Shown here one piece after another: positions 45,854-55,390 of a DNA stretch of 64,000 bases (positions are counted from its first letter, which is position 1; each line of letters starts with the position of its first letter). The position numbers and the translations under genes are program-made. The notes under the pieces were generated by a model, which was not told the DNA's origin, made no database searches, and worked only from the letters and a program-made list of their open reading frames with translations. The stretch is from Patescibacteria group bacterium (GTDB taxonomy: Bacteria > Patescibacteriota > Patescibacteriia > UBA9934), in the NCBI GenBank assembly GCA_041659765.1, contig JBAZXR010000001.1, forward strand, positions 595,338 to 659,337, read 5' to 3'.

Positions 45854-47188
45854 CTACCCCTGGATGATTTTCGCGAGTTCGTCGCGTTTTGCCTCCATCA
45901 GCTCCTTAGAAGTCGCTTCGACGATGAGGCGGAGCAAGGGTTCGGTGTTTGAGGCGCGCAGAATAAACCACCAGTCGCGACCAAATTCGCAACGGATACC
46001 GTCCAGGCGGTTGACGGAGCTCGCCTGCGAGACGTATGCGTCTTCCACACGCTTTGTGGCCGCGACCTTATCATGGACTTCGAAGTTTACTTCCCAGCTG
46101 TTCGAGTATTTGCGAAGAGGGGCGGAGATTTTGCTAAGGGGTTTCTTGGCTTTGGCGATGAGCGACAACATTCGGCAGAAAGCAAAGTCAACAGCCTCCA
46201 GGCCGGCGAATTCGGCAAAAAAGAAGTGACTAGACACTTCCCCGCCGAGCTTTGCGCCTTCGGTTCTCATGCCTTCAACCACGCGCGTGCGGCCGATTTG
46301 TCTCTGTACGCCTTTGCCGCCGTGTTCATTGATAGCGTCGAGTGTAGCCCAGGTGTGATTTGGCTGATAAATGATTGTCGCTCCTGGATTTCTTTCAAGT
46401 TCGTCGGCCGCTAACAGCGCAAGGGTTTCATCCCCGCGGAGCGGGACACCCTTGTTGTCGAGGAACCCGATTCTATCTGCGTCACCGTCGAGCGCTGCCC
46501 CAAAGGCAAAGTCGCCTGAAGCAAGAAGCTTCTCAATCTCGGCCAATGTTTCGCGCTTGTTTGGGTTGGCTTCGTGATTTGGGAATCGGGCGTCGGGCTC
46601 GGCGTAAAGCTCCGTGAGTTCAAGTCCGAGACGCTTGGCGAGCGGCCGGAAGGCAACCGTTCCCATGCCATTGCCGTAGTCCACAGCGATCTTCATGCCC
46701 TTCACGTCCGGGAGATTTGCGTTCTTGATGCAGGCCTCCACGTACTCCTCGACCACGTTGTGATCAGTCACTTTTCCTAGATCGAGCAGTGCGCCATCGT
46801 CCTTTTTGATCTCGTCGAGAATAGCTGGCCCGGAAATCGGCAACCCCGAACCATCTCCAAATTTAATACCGTTGTACTCCGCGGGATTATGAGAAGCAGT
46901 CACCATGAGCCCGGCGTCGACATTCTTGAGACTTGATATGGCAAAATTGAAGACACTCGTAGTCGTTAGACCGATATTGAGTGCATCGGCACCCATGCTT
47001 CTGATGCCTCTGATCGCCTCCGCTTGCAGTGCCTCGCTCGTGCTGCGCATATCACGGCCGACGACGACTGTTTTTGCGCCAGTCTTACGCACAATTGCTC
47101 GACCGGCCAGGTACGCGACCTCTGGCGAGACCTCTTCAAGTAAACCGCGAATGTCATTAGCTTTGAAAATATGTTCCGGAAGTTGCAT
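45854..47188 (-). CDS. Phosphomannomutase/phosphoglucomutase
   Basis: TASHNP, DGDADR, GEVSSH, RASNTEP. Confidence 0.93.
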   Translation of the reverse strand: MQLPEHIFKANDIRGLLEEVSPEVAYLAGRAIVRKTGAKTVVVGRDMRSTSEALQAEAIRGIRSMGADALNIGLTTTSVFNFAISSLKNVDAGLMVTASHNPAEYNGIKFGDGSGLPISGPAILDEIKKDDGALLDLGKVTDHNVVEEYVEACIKNANLPDVKGMKIAVDYGNGMGTVAFRPLAKRLGLELTELYAEPDARFPNHEANPNKRETLAEIEKLLASGDFAFGAALDGDADRIGFLDNKGVPLRGDETLALLAADELERNPGATIIYQPNHTWATLDAINEHGGKGVQRQIGRTRVVEGMRTEGAKLGGEVSSHFFFAEFAGLEAVDFAFCRMLSLIAKAKKPLSKISAPLRKYSNSWEVNFEVHDKVAATKRVEDAYVSQASSVNRLDGIRCEFGRDWWFILRASNTEPLLRLIVEATSKELMEAKRDELAKIIQG

Positions 47189-47245
47189 AGATGGCTGAAG
47201 AATACTACAGTAATGCTAATACTCTTTAACCGTTGAGGCAAAACT

Positions 47246-47797
47246 ATGATGTTTCTACCAATCATTGTCTTGATCCTAGTGGCTGTCGGTTTCTGGCTGA
47301 TCGGAGTGTACAACGGATTGGTCACACTCAAAACTCGCGTAGAAGAAGCTCTTGGCGATATTGAGGTTCAGCTCAAGCGCCGCTATGACCTCATTCCAAA
47401 CCTGGTAAACACGGTTAAAGGTTACGCGCAGCATGAAGATTCTGTTTTTACGAAAGTCACCGAGGCACGCAGTCACGCTATGCAAGCTTCCACGCCGGCT
47501 CAACACGCGGAGGCCGAGGGCATGCTAACGAACACGCTTAAATCGCTCTTCGCGGTTGCCGAAAGCTACCCAGACCTTAAGGCCAATGACAACTTCCGCC
47601 ATTTGCAATCAGAGCTAGTGGACACCGAAGACAAGATTCAAGCCTCCCGCCGTTTCTACAACGGCCAGGTTCGCGATTTCAACATTCGCCTAGCCGTCTT
47701 CCCAAACAACATGATCGGCAACTCTCTTGGTTTCAAAAAGTACGATTTCTACGATGCACCAGATGAGGCAAATGCAGTGCCTGAGGTGAAATTCTAA
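47246..47797 (+). CDS. lemA: LemA family protein
   Basis: QLKRRYDLIPNLV, AESYPDLKAN, RRFYN. Confidence 0.95.
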   Translation: MMFLPIIVLILVAVGFWLIGVYNGLVTLKTRVEEALGDIEVQLKRRYDLIPNLVNTVKGYAQHEDSVFTKVTEARSHAMQASTPAQHAEAEGMLTNTLKSLFAVAESYPDLKANDNFRHLQSELVDTEDKIQASRRFYNGQVRDFNIRLAVFPNNMIGNSLGFKKYDFYDAPDEANAVPEVKF

Positions 47798-47818
47798 GAC
47801 GACGAAGGAAAGCGAATA

Positions 47819-47896
47819 CAGTCATTCTGAGCGTAGCGAAGAATCTGAATGGTCAACCAATCAGATCCTTCGTCGCGGAGCTCCTCAGGATGACTG
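47819..47896. repeat. CAGTC-tagged palindromic doublet, subfamily B copy 2
   Basis: CAGTCATTCTGAGCG...CTCAGGATGACTG. Confidence 0.9.
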
Positions 47897-47901
47897 AACT
47901 T

Positions 47902-48774
47902 ATGTACTCCCAAATCACCGCCAACAAACGCAAGACCTGGTTATTGATTGCAATTGCCTGCGCGGTGATTGTGGTTTTAAGTGTGGCCTTTGGCGCGGCA
48001 TATAACGTGGACGCGGGGTCGTCTGTTGTCATCGGTACAATCTTTGCGAGTATTTACTCGCTCTTCAGCTATTACTTCTCCGACAAAATTGCGCTCTCGG
48101 TAAACGGAGCAAAACAGATAGAGAAAAAAGATGCGCCGGAGATTTGGAACATTGTGGAGAACCTGTGTATTGCTGACGGCGTCCCGATGCCGAAGATCTA
48201 CATCATGGATGACGCCGCGCCAAATGCGTTTGCCACAGGTCGAGATCCTCAGCATGCATCAATTGCGTTTACAACGGGTCTCCTCTCAATTCTCGATAAA
48301 CAAGAACTGGAAGGCGTGACGAGCCACGAGCTGTCGCACATTAAGAATTATGATCTGCGCGTGATGACCATCGTTGTCGTCCTGGTGGGCGCGATCATGA
48401 TCATGAGTAACATCTTCCTCCATTCTCGATTCAGTGGCGGGGGAAGGAAAAATGACGCGCTCGTTGCTTTTGTGCTCGTCGGTATTGTGCTTTCAATCCT
48501 CTCCCCCATCTTCGCCCAGCTCATTCAGCTCGCCGTATCACGACAGCGGGAATACCTCGCCGACGCGTCTGGAGCGTTACTGACGCGGTTCCCCGAGGGA
48601 CTTGCAAGTGCGCTTGAGAAGATTTCCCGCGCCAACGTACCCATGCAGAATGCGAACAAAGCTACGGCCCACTTGTTCATCGCCAACCCGTTCGGGAACA
48701 AAGTGGCCGGCTGGTTTTCTACGCATCCTCCCGTCGAGGAGAGAATTAAACGATTGAGGGAAATGGGAGGTTAA
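47902..48774 (+). CDS. htpX: Zinc metalloprotease HtpX
   Basis: PNAFATG, HELSH, SRQREYLADA, STHPP. Confidence 0.95.
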   Translation: MYSQITANKRKTWLLIAIACAVIVVLSVAFGAAYNVDAGSSVVIGTIFASIYSLFSYYFSDKIALSVNGAKQIEKKDAPEIWNIVENLCIADGVPMPKIYIMDDAAPNAFATGRDPQHASIAFTTGLLSILDKQELEGVTSHELSHIKNYDLRVMTIVVVLVGAIMIMSNIFLHSRFSGGGRKNDALVAFVLVGIVLSILSPIFAQLIQLAVSRQREYLADASGALLTRFPEGLASALEKISRANVPMQNANKATAHLFIANPFGNKVAGWFSTHPPVEERIKRLREMGG

Positions 48775-48778
48775 GCCG

Positions 48779-48854
48779 TCTCCACTCTGAGCCTTGCGAA
48801 GAGTCCGACCCTCAGAGGGGAAAGTCGGATCCTTCGCTCTCGCTCAGGATGGGA
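48779..48854. repeat. Palindromic REP-like doublet, subfamily A copy 2
   Basis: Near-identical to 7141-7216. Confidence 0.9.
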
Positions 48855-48870
48855 ACCATCGATAATCCAT

Positions 48871-51177
48871 ATGTCCGACTTAGTTGATAAATTTTCTCCC
48901 CACTTAAACACCGCGCTCACCCGGGCGTTGACTTTGGTTCTCCAGGAAGGAAGCGAGTCGATTACGCCGGAACATTTGTTTTGGGCAATTGGAACGGAAG
49001 ATTCCTGTCTGGGCGCACAGCTCCTCAAAAAGTCAGGACTCGAGGCGGCTGCTTTTGAAGAACTCACCAAACCGGCCGGCCGTAGCTCAATGACTGACCC
49101 GAAAGCTCCAAAAACTAAACCCTTTCTTTCGGTCGACGCTAAGGCTGCCATGGAGAAGGCAATGCTCGCTGCCAACCTGCACGATCACCCGCTCGTGACA
49201 ACCGAGCATCTTTTATTTGGCATCCTCGCCCTCCGTCCGCTCGCGATCAGCGCCGTGTTCAAAAAAGCTGGTGTTGATGCCGAGAAAATACAGGAAGAAC
49301 TCACTCAAATTTTTAGGGAGACGCGCGCACCAGAACCACAGCCCGCCGAAGTTCGCCCGACCGGCGTGCGCGAAGTTAAGAAAGCGCCCGCTCAGCCGTG
49401 TATAAAGTGTGGACACGTTCACGATGAAGTAGCTGACGCCAACGAGCAATCCGCGCTCGAGTTTTTTAGTACTGAGTTAACGGGTGCCGATCACGTCAAA
49501 AAGATCGATGCCTTAATTGGTCGTAACATGGAGATCGATAGACTCGCGCGCATTCTTACGCGGAAAACAAAAAATAACCCGCTTCTCCTTGGTGCTCCGG
49601 GCGTAGGCAAAACGGCGATCGTCGAGGGTCTCGCCAAGAGAATTGTCGACGGTTCCGCTCCGGCCGGGCTCAAGGGAACAAAAATTTACATGCTCGATAT
49701 GTCCGCCATGCTGGCTGGCACTATGTATCGAGGTGATTTCGAGGAACGCTTGCACGATGTTATCGAGGATCTTAAGGAGGCAAAGAATGCTGTTTTATTT
49801 ATTGACGAAGTCCACACGCTCGTCGGCACTGGTTCTGGATCCGGCGCACTCGACGCGGCGAACATTATGAAGCCGTCCCTGGCCCGTGGCGAGATTCGCG
49901 TCATTGGGGCCACGACGCGCGAGGAGTACAAAAAACACATTGAAGATGACGGCGCGCTAGCGCGCCGTTTCGCCCCCGTTTCGGTTCGTGAACCATCTGC
50001 CGATGAGACCAAATCGATCTTGATCGGCCTGGCCCCCGCCTACGCCAAGCATCACGGTGTGACCTTTGCCAAAGAAGCCTTTGCGACAATTGTCGAAATT
50101 TCTGGCCGTTACTTCCCGCATAAAGCATTTCCAGACAAGGCTATCGACCTACTCGACGAAGTTGGCAGCGCCTGCCGGACAAAGAAACTCGACATCACCA
50201 CAGACGACGTGCGCCGTGTGGCCGCCACCGTAACCGGCGTTCCGCTCGAGAGGCTCGAAGCCAATGATAGTGACAAACTCAAAACGCTCAAATCTCGACT
50301 TGCCGACCGTGTCCTTGCTCAGACAGAAGCCGTCGAAGCCGTAGCATCAAGCATCATCCGCGCCAAACTCGGCTTTCACCGCGCCGAGAAACCGCTCGCC
50401 TCTTTTCTGTTCGTCGGTCCGTCCGGAGTTGGGAAGACAGAAATGGCCAAGGCCGTAGCAGCGGAAGTTTTTGAAGATGAGAAGGCTTTGATCCGGCTCG
50501 ACATGAGTGAATATGCGGAAAGTTTTAGCGCCAGCAAACTCATTGGTTCTCCCCCAGGCTACGTGGGTTACAAAGAGGTCGCTCGATTAACTGATGCGGT
50601 CAAAGCTCGCCCATACTCGGTCGTCTTGTTCGACGAACTTGAAAAAGCACACAAAGACGTTCATCACCTACTTCTCCAAATTCTCGACGAAGGAACCATT
50701 ACTGACGCGACTGGTACGGCCGTTAATTTCAGAAACACCGTCATCATCATGACTTCAAACGCCGGTCGAGAGTTGTTCGAGCGCGGTTCCCTTGGCTTCA
50801 CCGGTAAGGCGATTAAGGAGAAGATCGATATGCGCACGATTCTCGAAGACGAGTTTAAGGCCGAATTTTTGAACCGCATCGATCGCATTTGTTTGTTCGG
50901 TGCGTTAACACCCGCCGACATGGAAAAGATTGCCAAGCGCGAACTAAAAGAACTCGAACTTCGCCTCAAGAACCGTGGAATCTCGCTCAAAGCCGATGCT
51001 GCCGCTCTAACTCAACTCGCGAAGTCCGTGAACCCCAAACTCGGTGCCCGGGATGTCCGCCGCGTCATTGCCGAAGCCATCGAACGACCGCTGGCAGACA
51101 AGGTACTAAATAATCTTGGAAAGAAAGCAAAAAACTATCGAGTCCGCGCCGGTAAGAAAGGGGTAGAGATCGCATAA
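48871..51177 (+). CDS. ATP-dependent Clp protease ATP-binding subunit (ClpA/ClpC-like)
   Basis: Clp-N repeats and two AAA modules (GAPGVGKT, GPSGVGKT). Confidence 0.93.
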   Translation: MSDLVDKFSPHLNTALTRALTLVLQEGSESITPEHLFWAIGTEDSCLGAQLLKKSGLEAAAFEELTKPAGRSSMTDPKAPKTKPFLSVDAKAAMEKAMLAANLHDHPLVTTEHLLFGILALRPLAISAVFKKAGVDAEKIQEELTQIFRETRAPEPQPAEVRPTGVREVKKAPAQPCIKCGHVHDEVADANEQSALEFFSTELTGADHVKKIDALIGRNMEIDRLARILTRKTKNNPLLLGAPGVGKTAIVEGLAKRIVDGSAPAGLKGTKIYMLDMSAMLAGTMYRGDFEERLHDVIEDLKEAKNAVLFIDEVHTLVGTGSGSGALDAANIMKPSLARGEIRVIGATTREEYKKHIEDDGALARRFAPVSVREPSADETKSILIGLAPAYAKHHGVTFAKEAFATIVEISGRYFPHKAFPDKAIDLLDEVGSACRTKKLDITTDDVRRVAATVTGVPLERLEANDSDKLKTLKSRLADRVLAQTEAVEAVASSIIRAKLGFHRAEKPLASFLFVGPSGVGKTEMAKAVAAEVFEDEKALIRLDMSEYAESFSASKLIGSPPGYVGYKEVARLTDAVKARPYSVVLFDELEKAHKDVHHLLLQILDEGTITDATGTAVNFRNTVIIMTSNAGRELFERGSLGFTGKAIKEKIDMRTILEDEFKAEFLNRIDRICLFGALTPADMEKIAKRELKELELRLKNRGISLKADAAALTQLAKSVNPKLGARDVRRVIAEAIERPLADKVLNNLGKKAKNYRVRAGKKGVEIA

Positions 51178-51197
51178 TTTCTGGTATACTGGCGCAT

Positions 51198-52160
51198 ATG
51201 GCAGCTACTGCCACAGCGCAATTTTCTAATACGCAGACCCAGGCTGCGTCTACTTTGCGTCAAGATAGAACGGCGGCCAAACGAACCCAACCGGGAATGA
51301 TCGGCCGGATGAGTGAACATGCCACCAGAACCATGCGGGCGGCCGTGCTTGGAGCCTCCCTCATGGCTGACAGCGGTTTTTCACGCGGAGCTGAACTCGA
51401 AGATGTAGAAGGAGACAGAATAGAAGAAGCTGGCGGAAACGTAGAGAGCCATACTGCTGGACTCTCTGCTCAAGCAAGATTTGCTGAAGCAGAACAGCGC
51501 CAGCGAACCTTAAACGCGACTCGCCGCGATGTGCTTCCAGAACAACGTTCTGAGGACATGACGCCGGAAAATCAGGCAGCTTCAGCTGAGGCTCAAGAAG
51601 CCATCAGACAAGACAGCTTAATGCGCGATGTAGCTGAACTCGGGCCAACCCGGGCCATGCGTCAACAAGTGGCGGATGAAGCGGCTAAGATGGCAGCTAA
51701 ACTAGCTCAAGATAAGGCTCAAGAATTAATTGCGCGTCTAGCGGTGTTCGCAGCGGATGATGTAGGCGGAGGGCTAGTGGAAGTAACAGAAGGTGCGGCC
51801 CTGGAGACGGATCTCGGCATTGGAACGATAACGGACGTGTCTTACAAATACACTCGGTTTGGCCGCACCATTCTAATCCCCCAAGCCACCAACGTGGGCA
51901 CCACAGCCAGAGACGCTGTTCAGTACACAGCTAATAAAGCTCTTGATCTAGCACTTCCGCCCTACAAATTTATCTTTGGCGGGGCCAACATGGCTGATCT
52001 GGCCGATGACGCAGATCTGGCGTTTACCTTACTCGTAACCGTCCCAGTAATTCTGATCATCGGGCTAACGGCTTTTATTGTCTTCATGATTTTAGCCTAC
52101 GGGTATTATTATTTAGGTTCTCTACTTGATATAAACGCCATCTTATCGCTTTTAACATAG
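51198..52160 (+). CDS. Hypothetical protein with a C-terminal TM
   Basis: 320 aa, Ala-rich, hydrophobic C-terminus. Confidence 0.75.
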   Translation: MAATATAQFSNTQTQAASTLRQDRTAAKRTQPGMIGRMSEHATRTMRAAVLGASLMADSGFSRGAELEDVEGDRIEEAGGNVESHTAGLSAQARFAEAEQRQRTLNATRRDVLPEQRSEDMTPENQAASAEAQEAIRQDSLMRDVAELGPTRAMRQQVADEAAKMAAKLAQDKAQELIARLAVFAADDVGGGLVEVTEGAALETDLGIGTITDVSYKYTRFGRTILIPQATNVGTTARDAVQYTANKALDLALPPYKFIFGGANMADLADDADLAFTLLVTVPVILIIGLTAFIVFMILAYGYYYLGSLLDINAILSLLT

Positions 52161-52161
52161 T

Positions 52162-53388
52162 ATGAACGAGCGTAACCAAATGATCGTCCGGCTAGTTATC
52201 CTAGGCGTAGTGACCCTCGCCCTGGGCGCCGGCATGTATTTCCTCTTTTTCCGCGCCAGACCGAGCGTAGTTCCGGTCACGCCGGGCACCGGAGTCACCA
52301 CGCCAGTAGGCGGCGGCCTGCCAGCTGCCGGCGGGGCTGCGCCGTTTGTTCCTGGCGCGGTTACCCAGCCAACTGGTCCCGGCGGTCTGCCTATTTCACC
52401 CGTGGCGAATGGCGGCCTGACCTCCACCACTACTTTGACGACGAGCGCCGTTAAATCGCCTACCATCACAGCTGCCGGCAAGGTGTCCTACTATGACCCG
52501 GGTGACGGCAAGTTTTATACGATCGATGAGAACGGCAATAACATCGCACTCTCTTCGGCCAAATTTCCAGAAGCCTCAAGCGTGGTCTTCGCCACCGGTG
52601 GCGCCACCGCAGCTATAGAATTTCCAGACGGCAGTAACGTAGTCTATAACTTTGACACCGGGGTCCAGTCTACTTTGCCCTCACACTGGGAAGATTTTTC
52701 CTTCTCTCAAGATGGCGGAACAATCGCCACTAAAAGCGTGGCCACTGATCCTTCCGCGCGGTCACTAGTTATATCATCGGCAGATGGCTCCTCGGCCACG
52801 CCGATTGCCGCGCTTGGCACGAACCAAGACAAAGTCAGCGTCGTGATGTCGCCCGACGGCAGTATTGTCGGCTTCTCAGCTACGGGCTCAGTAGCCACCA
52901 GCACGTTTGGTCAAAATAGCATTTATCTAATCGGCAAAGACGGCAAAGACGCTGGTGTGCTATTTGTTACCGGCTCCAACTTCACGCCAAAATGGTCACC
53001 GGACTCTGCTCATCTAATCTACTCGGTCGCGGATGCTGGTGAAGACTATAAAGCTTCGCTCTGGTACGCAGATAAAGACGGCGATCAGAAAACTGCTACC
53101 CGCAAACAAATTCCGCTCCAAACGCTGGCTACAAAATGCACCTTCGGCTCAAACACTCTGCTGTATTGCGCCGTGCCAACGGTCATGCCCCCGGGCGGTG
53201 GATCTTCAGCCTCCCTCATCACCTCTACGGACAACCTATACAAAGTCGACTTAAGCACATTAAAGGCTACGCTCGTAGCAAAACCGGCCGTTGACACTCA
53301 GATGTCTAACCTGTCCGTCTCCCCCGCCGGTGATCTACTGTTCTTTGCCGATAAATTTGGCCGATTAAATTCTATCCGGCTCAAATAA
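52162..53388 (+). CDS. Membrane-anchored TolB-like beta-propeller protein
   Basis: N-terminal TM, Pro/Gly/Thr linker, FSQDG/MSPDG/WSPDS/VSPAG repeats. Confidence 0.75.
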   Translation: MNERNQMIVRLVILGVVTLALGAGMYFLFFRARPSVVPVTPGTGVTTPVGGGLPAAGGAAPFVPGAVTQPTGPGGLPISPVANGGLTSTTTLTTSAVKSPTITAAGKVSYYDPGDGKFYTIDENGNNIALSSAKFPEASSVVFATGGATAAIEFPDGSNVVYNFDTGVQSTLPSHWEDFSFSQDGGTIATKSVATDPSARSLVISSADGSSATPIAALGTNQDKVSVVMSPDGSIVGFSATGSVATSTFGQNSIYLIGKDGKDAGVLFVTGSNFTPKWSPDSAHLIYSVADAGEDYKASLWYADKDGDQKTATRKQIPLQTLATKCTFGSNTLLYCAVPTVMPPGGGSSASLITSTDNLYKVDLSTLKATLVAKPAVDTQMSNLSVSPAGDLLFFADKFGRLNSIRLK

Positions 53389-53390
53389 CT

Positions 53391-54032
53391 ATGAAGTACT
53401 TCTGGCAATTCTTCGCCGTTATCATTGGACTCAGCGCCGTCATCTTTCTCTTTTTTGTACTGTCCGTAAAAACGAAGGATTCCATCACCTTTACCGGCCA
53501 AAGAATCGTCACCACGCCGGAAATAACTTCAGCTGATCCAAGCCGTGGTCCGGCAAACGCTCCGGTTACGCTTGTCATGTATGAAGATTTTCAGTGCTCA
53601 GCCTGTGCCGAACTCGAACCAGTGCTTAACACGCTCCTAGCAAACTACGGTACCGCTCTCCGCTTAGTCTGGAAGGATCTGCCAAATAACGGAGCGCATC
53701 CGGAAGCTATCCCAGCGGCCGTAGCTGCCCGCTGTGCTGGCAAGCAAAATAAATTCTGGGAATTCCATGATACGCTCATGGCTAACCAGCCCCTCTTGGG
53801 TGACGATCTCTACACCCGGATTGCCGGCGAACTAAAACTAAAAGCCAACGCCTTTAGCCAGTGCGTTAAAAACCAGGACACCCTACCACTAGTCGAGCGC
53901 GGTTATGACGAAGGCTTAGCCCTCCAGATCGCCTCTACGCCAACTATCTTCTTAAACGGCACACGGTACAGTGGGTCACTCTCCCTAAGCGAACTCACCC
54001 GCGCCATTGACGCCCTACTCCCAACCATGTGA
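53391..54032 (+). CDS. DsbA-family thioredoxin-fold protein
   Basis: DFQCSAC, QNKFWEFHD, STPTIFLNG. Confidence 0.9.
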   Translation: MKYFWQFFAVIIGLSAVIFLFFVLSVKTKDSITFTGQRIVTTPEITSADPSRGPANAPVTLVMYEDFQCSACAELEPVLNTLLANYGTALRLVWKDLPNNGAHPEAIPAAVAARCAGKQNKFWEFHDTLMANQPLLGDDLYTRIAGELKLKANAFSQCVKNQDTLPLVERGYDEGLALQIASTPTIFLNGTRYSGSLSLSELTRAIDALLPTM

Positions 54033-55387
54033 AGCACCTCTTCCTCGCCTTTCTCCTGGCTCTCACCCTCTCCCCCGCCCCAGCCCTGGCGGTCGGGCTA
54101 AATTGTGGTCAGCCAAACGCGCTCAATGCCACCTGTACGTGCATGTACCCAAATGGGTTTACCACCTTTGAGGCAAGCCAGGAAACAGTCTGTATCTCAA
54201 CCTGCAACGATACCTATCATGGCGACTCCTACCAATACGACTATTGCGATGAAACGGATCCTACTATTCAGCGCTCAAGCGGCAGGCTGAACCTGCATGA
54301 TGCTCCCGTAGCCTCAGATCTAGTAGCCCCTGATGCGCCGGTAACTCCAGGCATAGTGGAACAATTCGTGACTGCCCCAAGAGAAATAGTTATCCCTATT
54401 TTGAACGTGCCGATTCCTGGTCTTGATCTAGCGGGGTCAGTCACCAAATCTGATGGCACTGTCCGCTCTAACCTCATTGGTCTGTATGTCCAAGCCGCCT
54501 ACAGATTCCTACTAGTGGCCGGCACACTTATGGCCGTGACCATGCTCATGGTGGGCGGGCTGGAGTATGTGATGTCGGGTGGTAGCTCAAAGCGCGTAGA
54601 CAAGGCCAAGACCCGTATTAAAAACGCGGTCATTGGGCTAGTGCTTCTGTTTGCGGCATTTGATTTGGCGTTTCTGATTGATCCGGGAACTGTGCTCTTC
54701 AAATCGCTGGTGGTTGAATCTGTGCCTCAGATGGCCAGCGACGTGCGGTCCAGCTTCATGTTGGCCGAGTCTCAAGTTACAGGCGGTGCGTCGGCCAAGA
54801 GCACTGATTTAGAACGCTTCAAAGCCATGGGCACACCAACCAAAGACGAATTAGAAAAAGGCGTCCCATTCTTTATAACTTCTTATTACGCCCCAGCCTA
54901 CGGCGACAAGCAGGGCGATCTAAGTTTTGAATGCAACATTGCCATGCAGTGTTCCTGTCCAGATTCACCTATCAGTGGTCGAAAAAATGCTCCCCAGTCA
55001 GCTAAGACCTGCTACAGCAAAGGCTTGAATTACTACTGGGAACCATGTACTCCATTTGCTTCGACTGTTCCTTTCTGTAACAAAACAACAGCTTTCAAAG
55101 AAGGCCTCGTGACTACGCCGCCAGAAGGCCACCATACGGCGGCGGTCAGCAGGAACGTCCTGCCGCTCGGCACAGTCTTCAAAATATTCGGGGCGCCGGA
55201 CGCGGCTTCAAACAGTGCTATCTGGTACGCGGAAGACACCGGTGGAGAAATCAAAGGAAGACGTGTAGACTTGTTCATGGGTAGCGGCTCATCAGCGCTG
55301 GCTACGGCCAAAAGAAATATTGGCGAGGTGACGCTCCGCGTCTGCCCTGGCAACGATCCGGCCAAATGCCCAACAACATTGAACTAG
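54029..55387 (+). CDS. Secreted VirB2/TrbC-like pilin-domain protein with a C-terminal 3D (MltA-like) domain
   Basis: Signal peptide; GGLEYVMSGG...AKTRIKNAVIGL pilin motif; AEDTGGEIKGRRVDLF 3D motif. Confidence 0.75.
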   Translation: MKHLFLAFLLALTLSPAPALAVGLNCGQPNALNATCTCMYPNGFTTFEASQETVCISTCNDTYHGDSYQYDYCDETDPTIQRSSGRLNLHDAPVASDLVAPDAPVTPGIVEQFVTAPREIVIPILNVPIPGLDLAGSVTKSDGTVRSNLIGLYVQAAYRFLLVAGTLMAVTMLMVGGLEYVMSGGSSKRVDKAKTRIKNAVIGLVLLFAAFDLAFLIDPGTVLFKSLVVESVPQMASDVRSSFMLAESQVTGGASAKSTDLERFKAMGTPTKDELEKGVPFFITSYYAPAYGDKQGDLSFECNIAMQCSCPDSPISGRKNAPQSAKTCYSKGLNYYWEPCTPFASTVPFCNKTTAFKEGLVTTPPEGHHTAAVSRNVLPLGTVFKIFGAPDAASNSAIWYAEDTGGEIKGRRVDLFMGSGSSALATAKRNIGEVTLRVCPGNDPAKCPTTLN

Positions 55388-55390
55388 CAT

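Noticed and set aside
47890-47901. htpX start at 47890
   Set aside because: That ATG lies inside the palindromic repeat; 47902 is preferred
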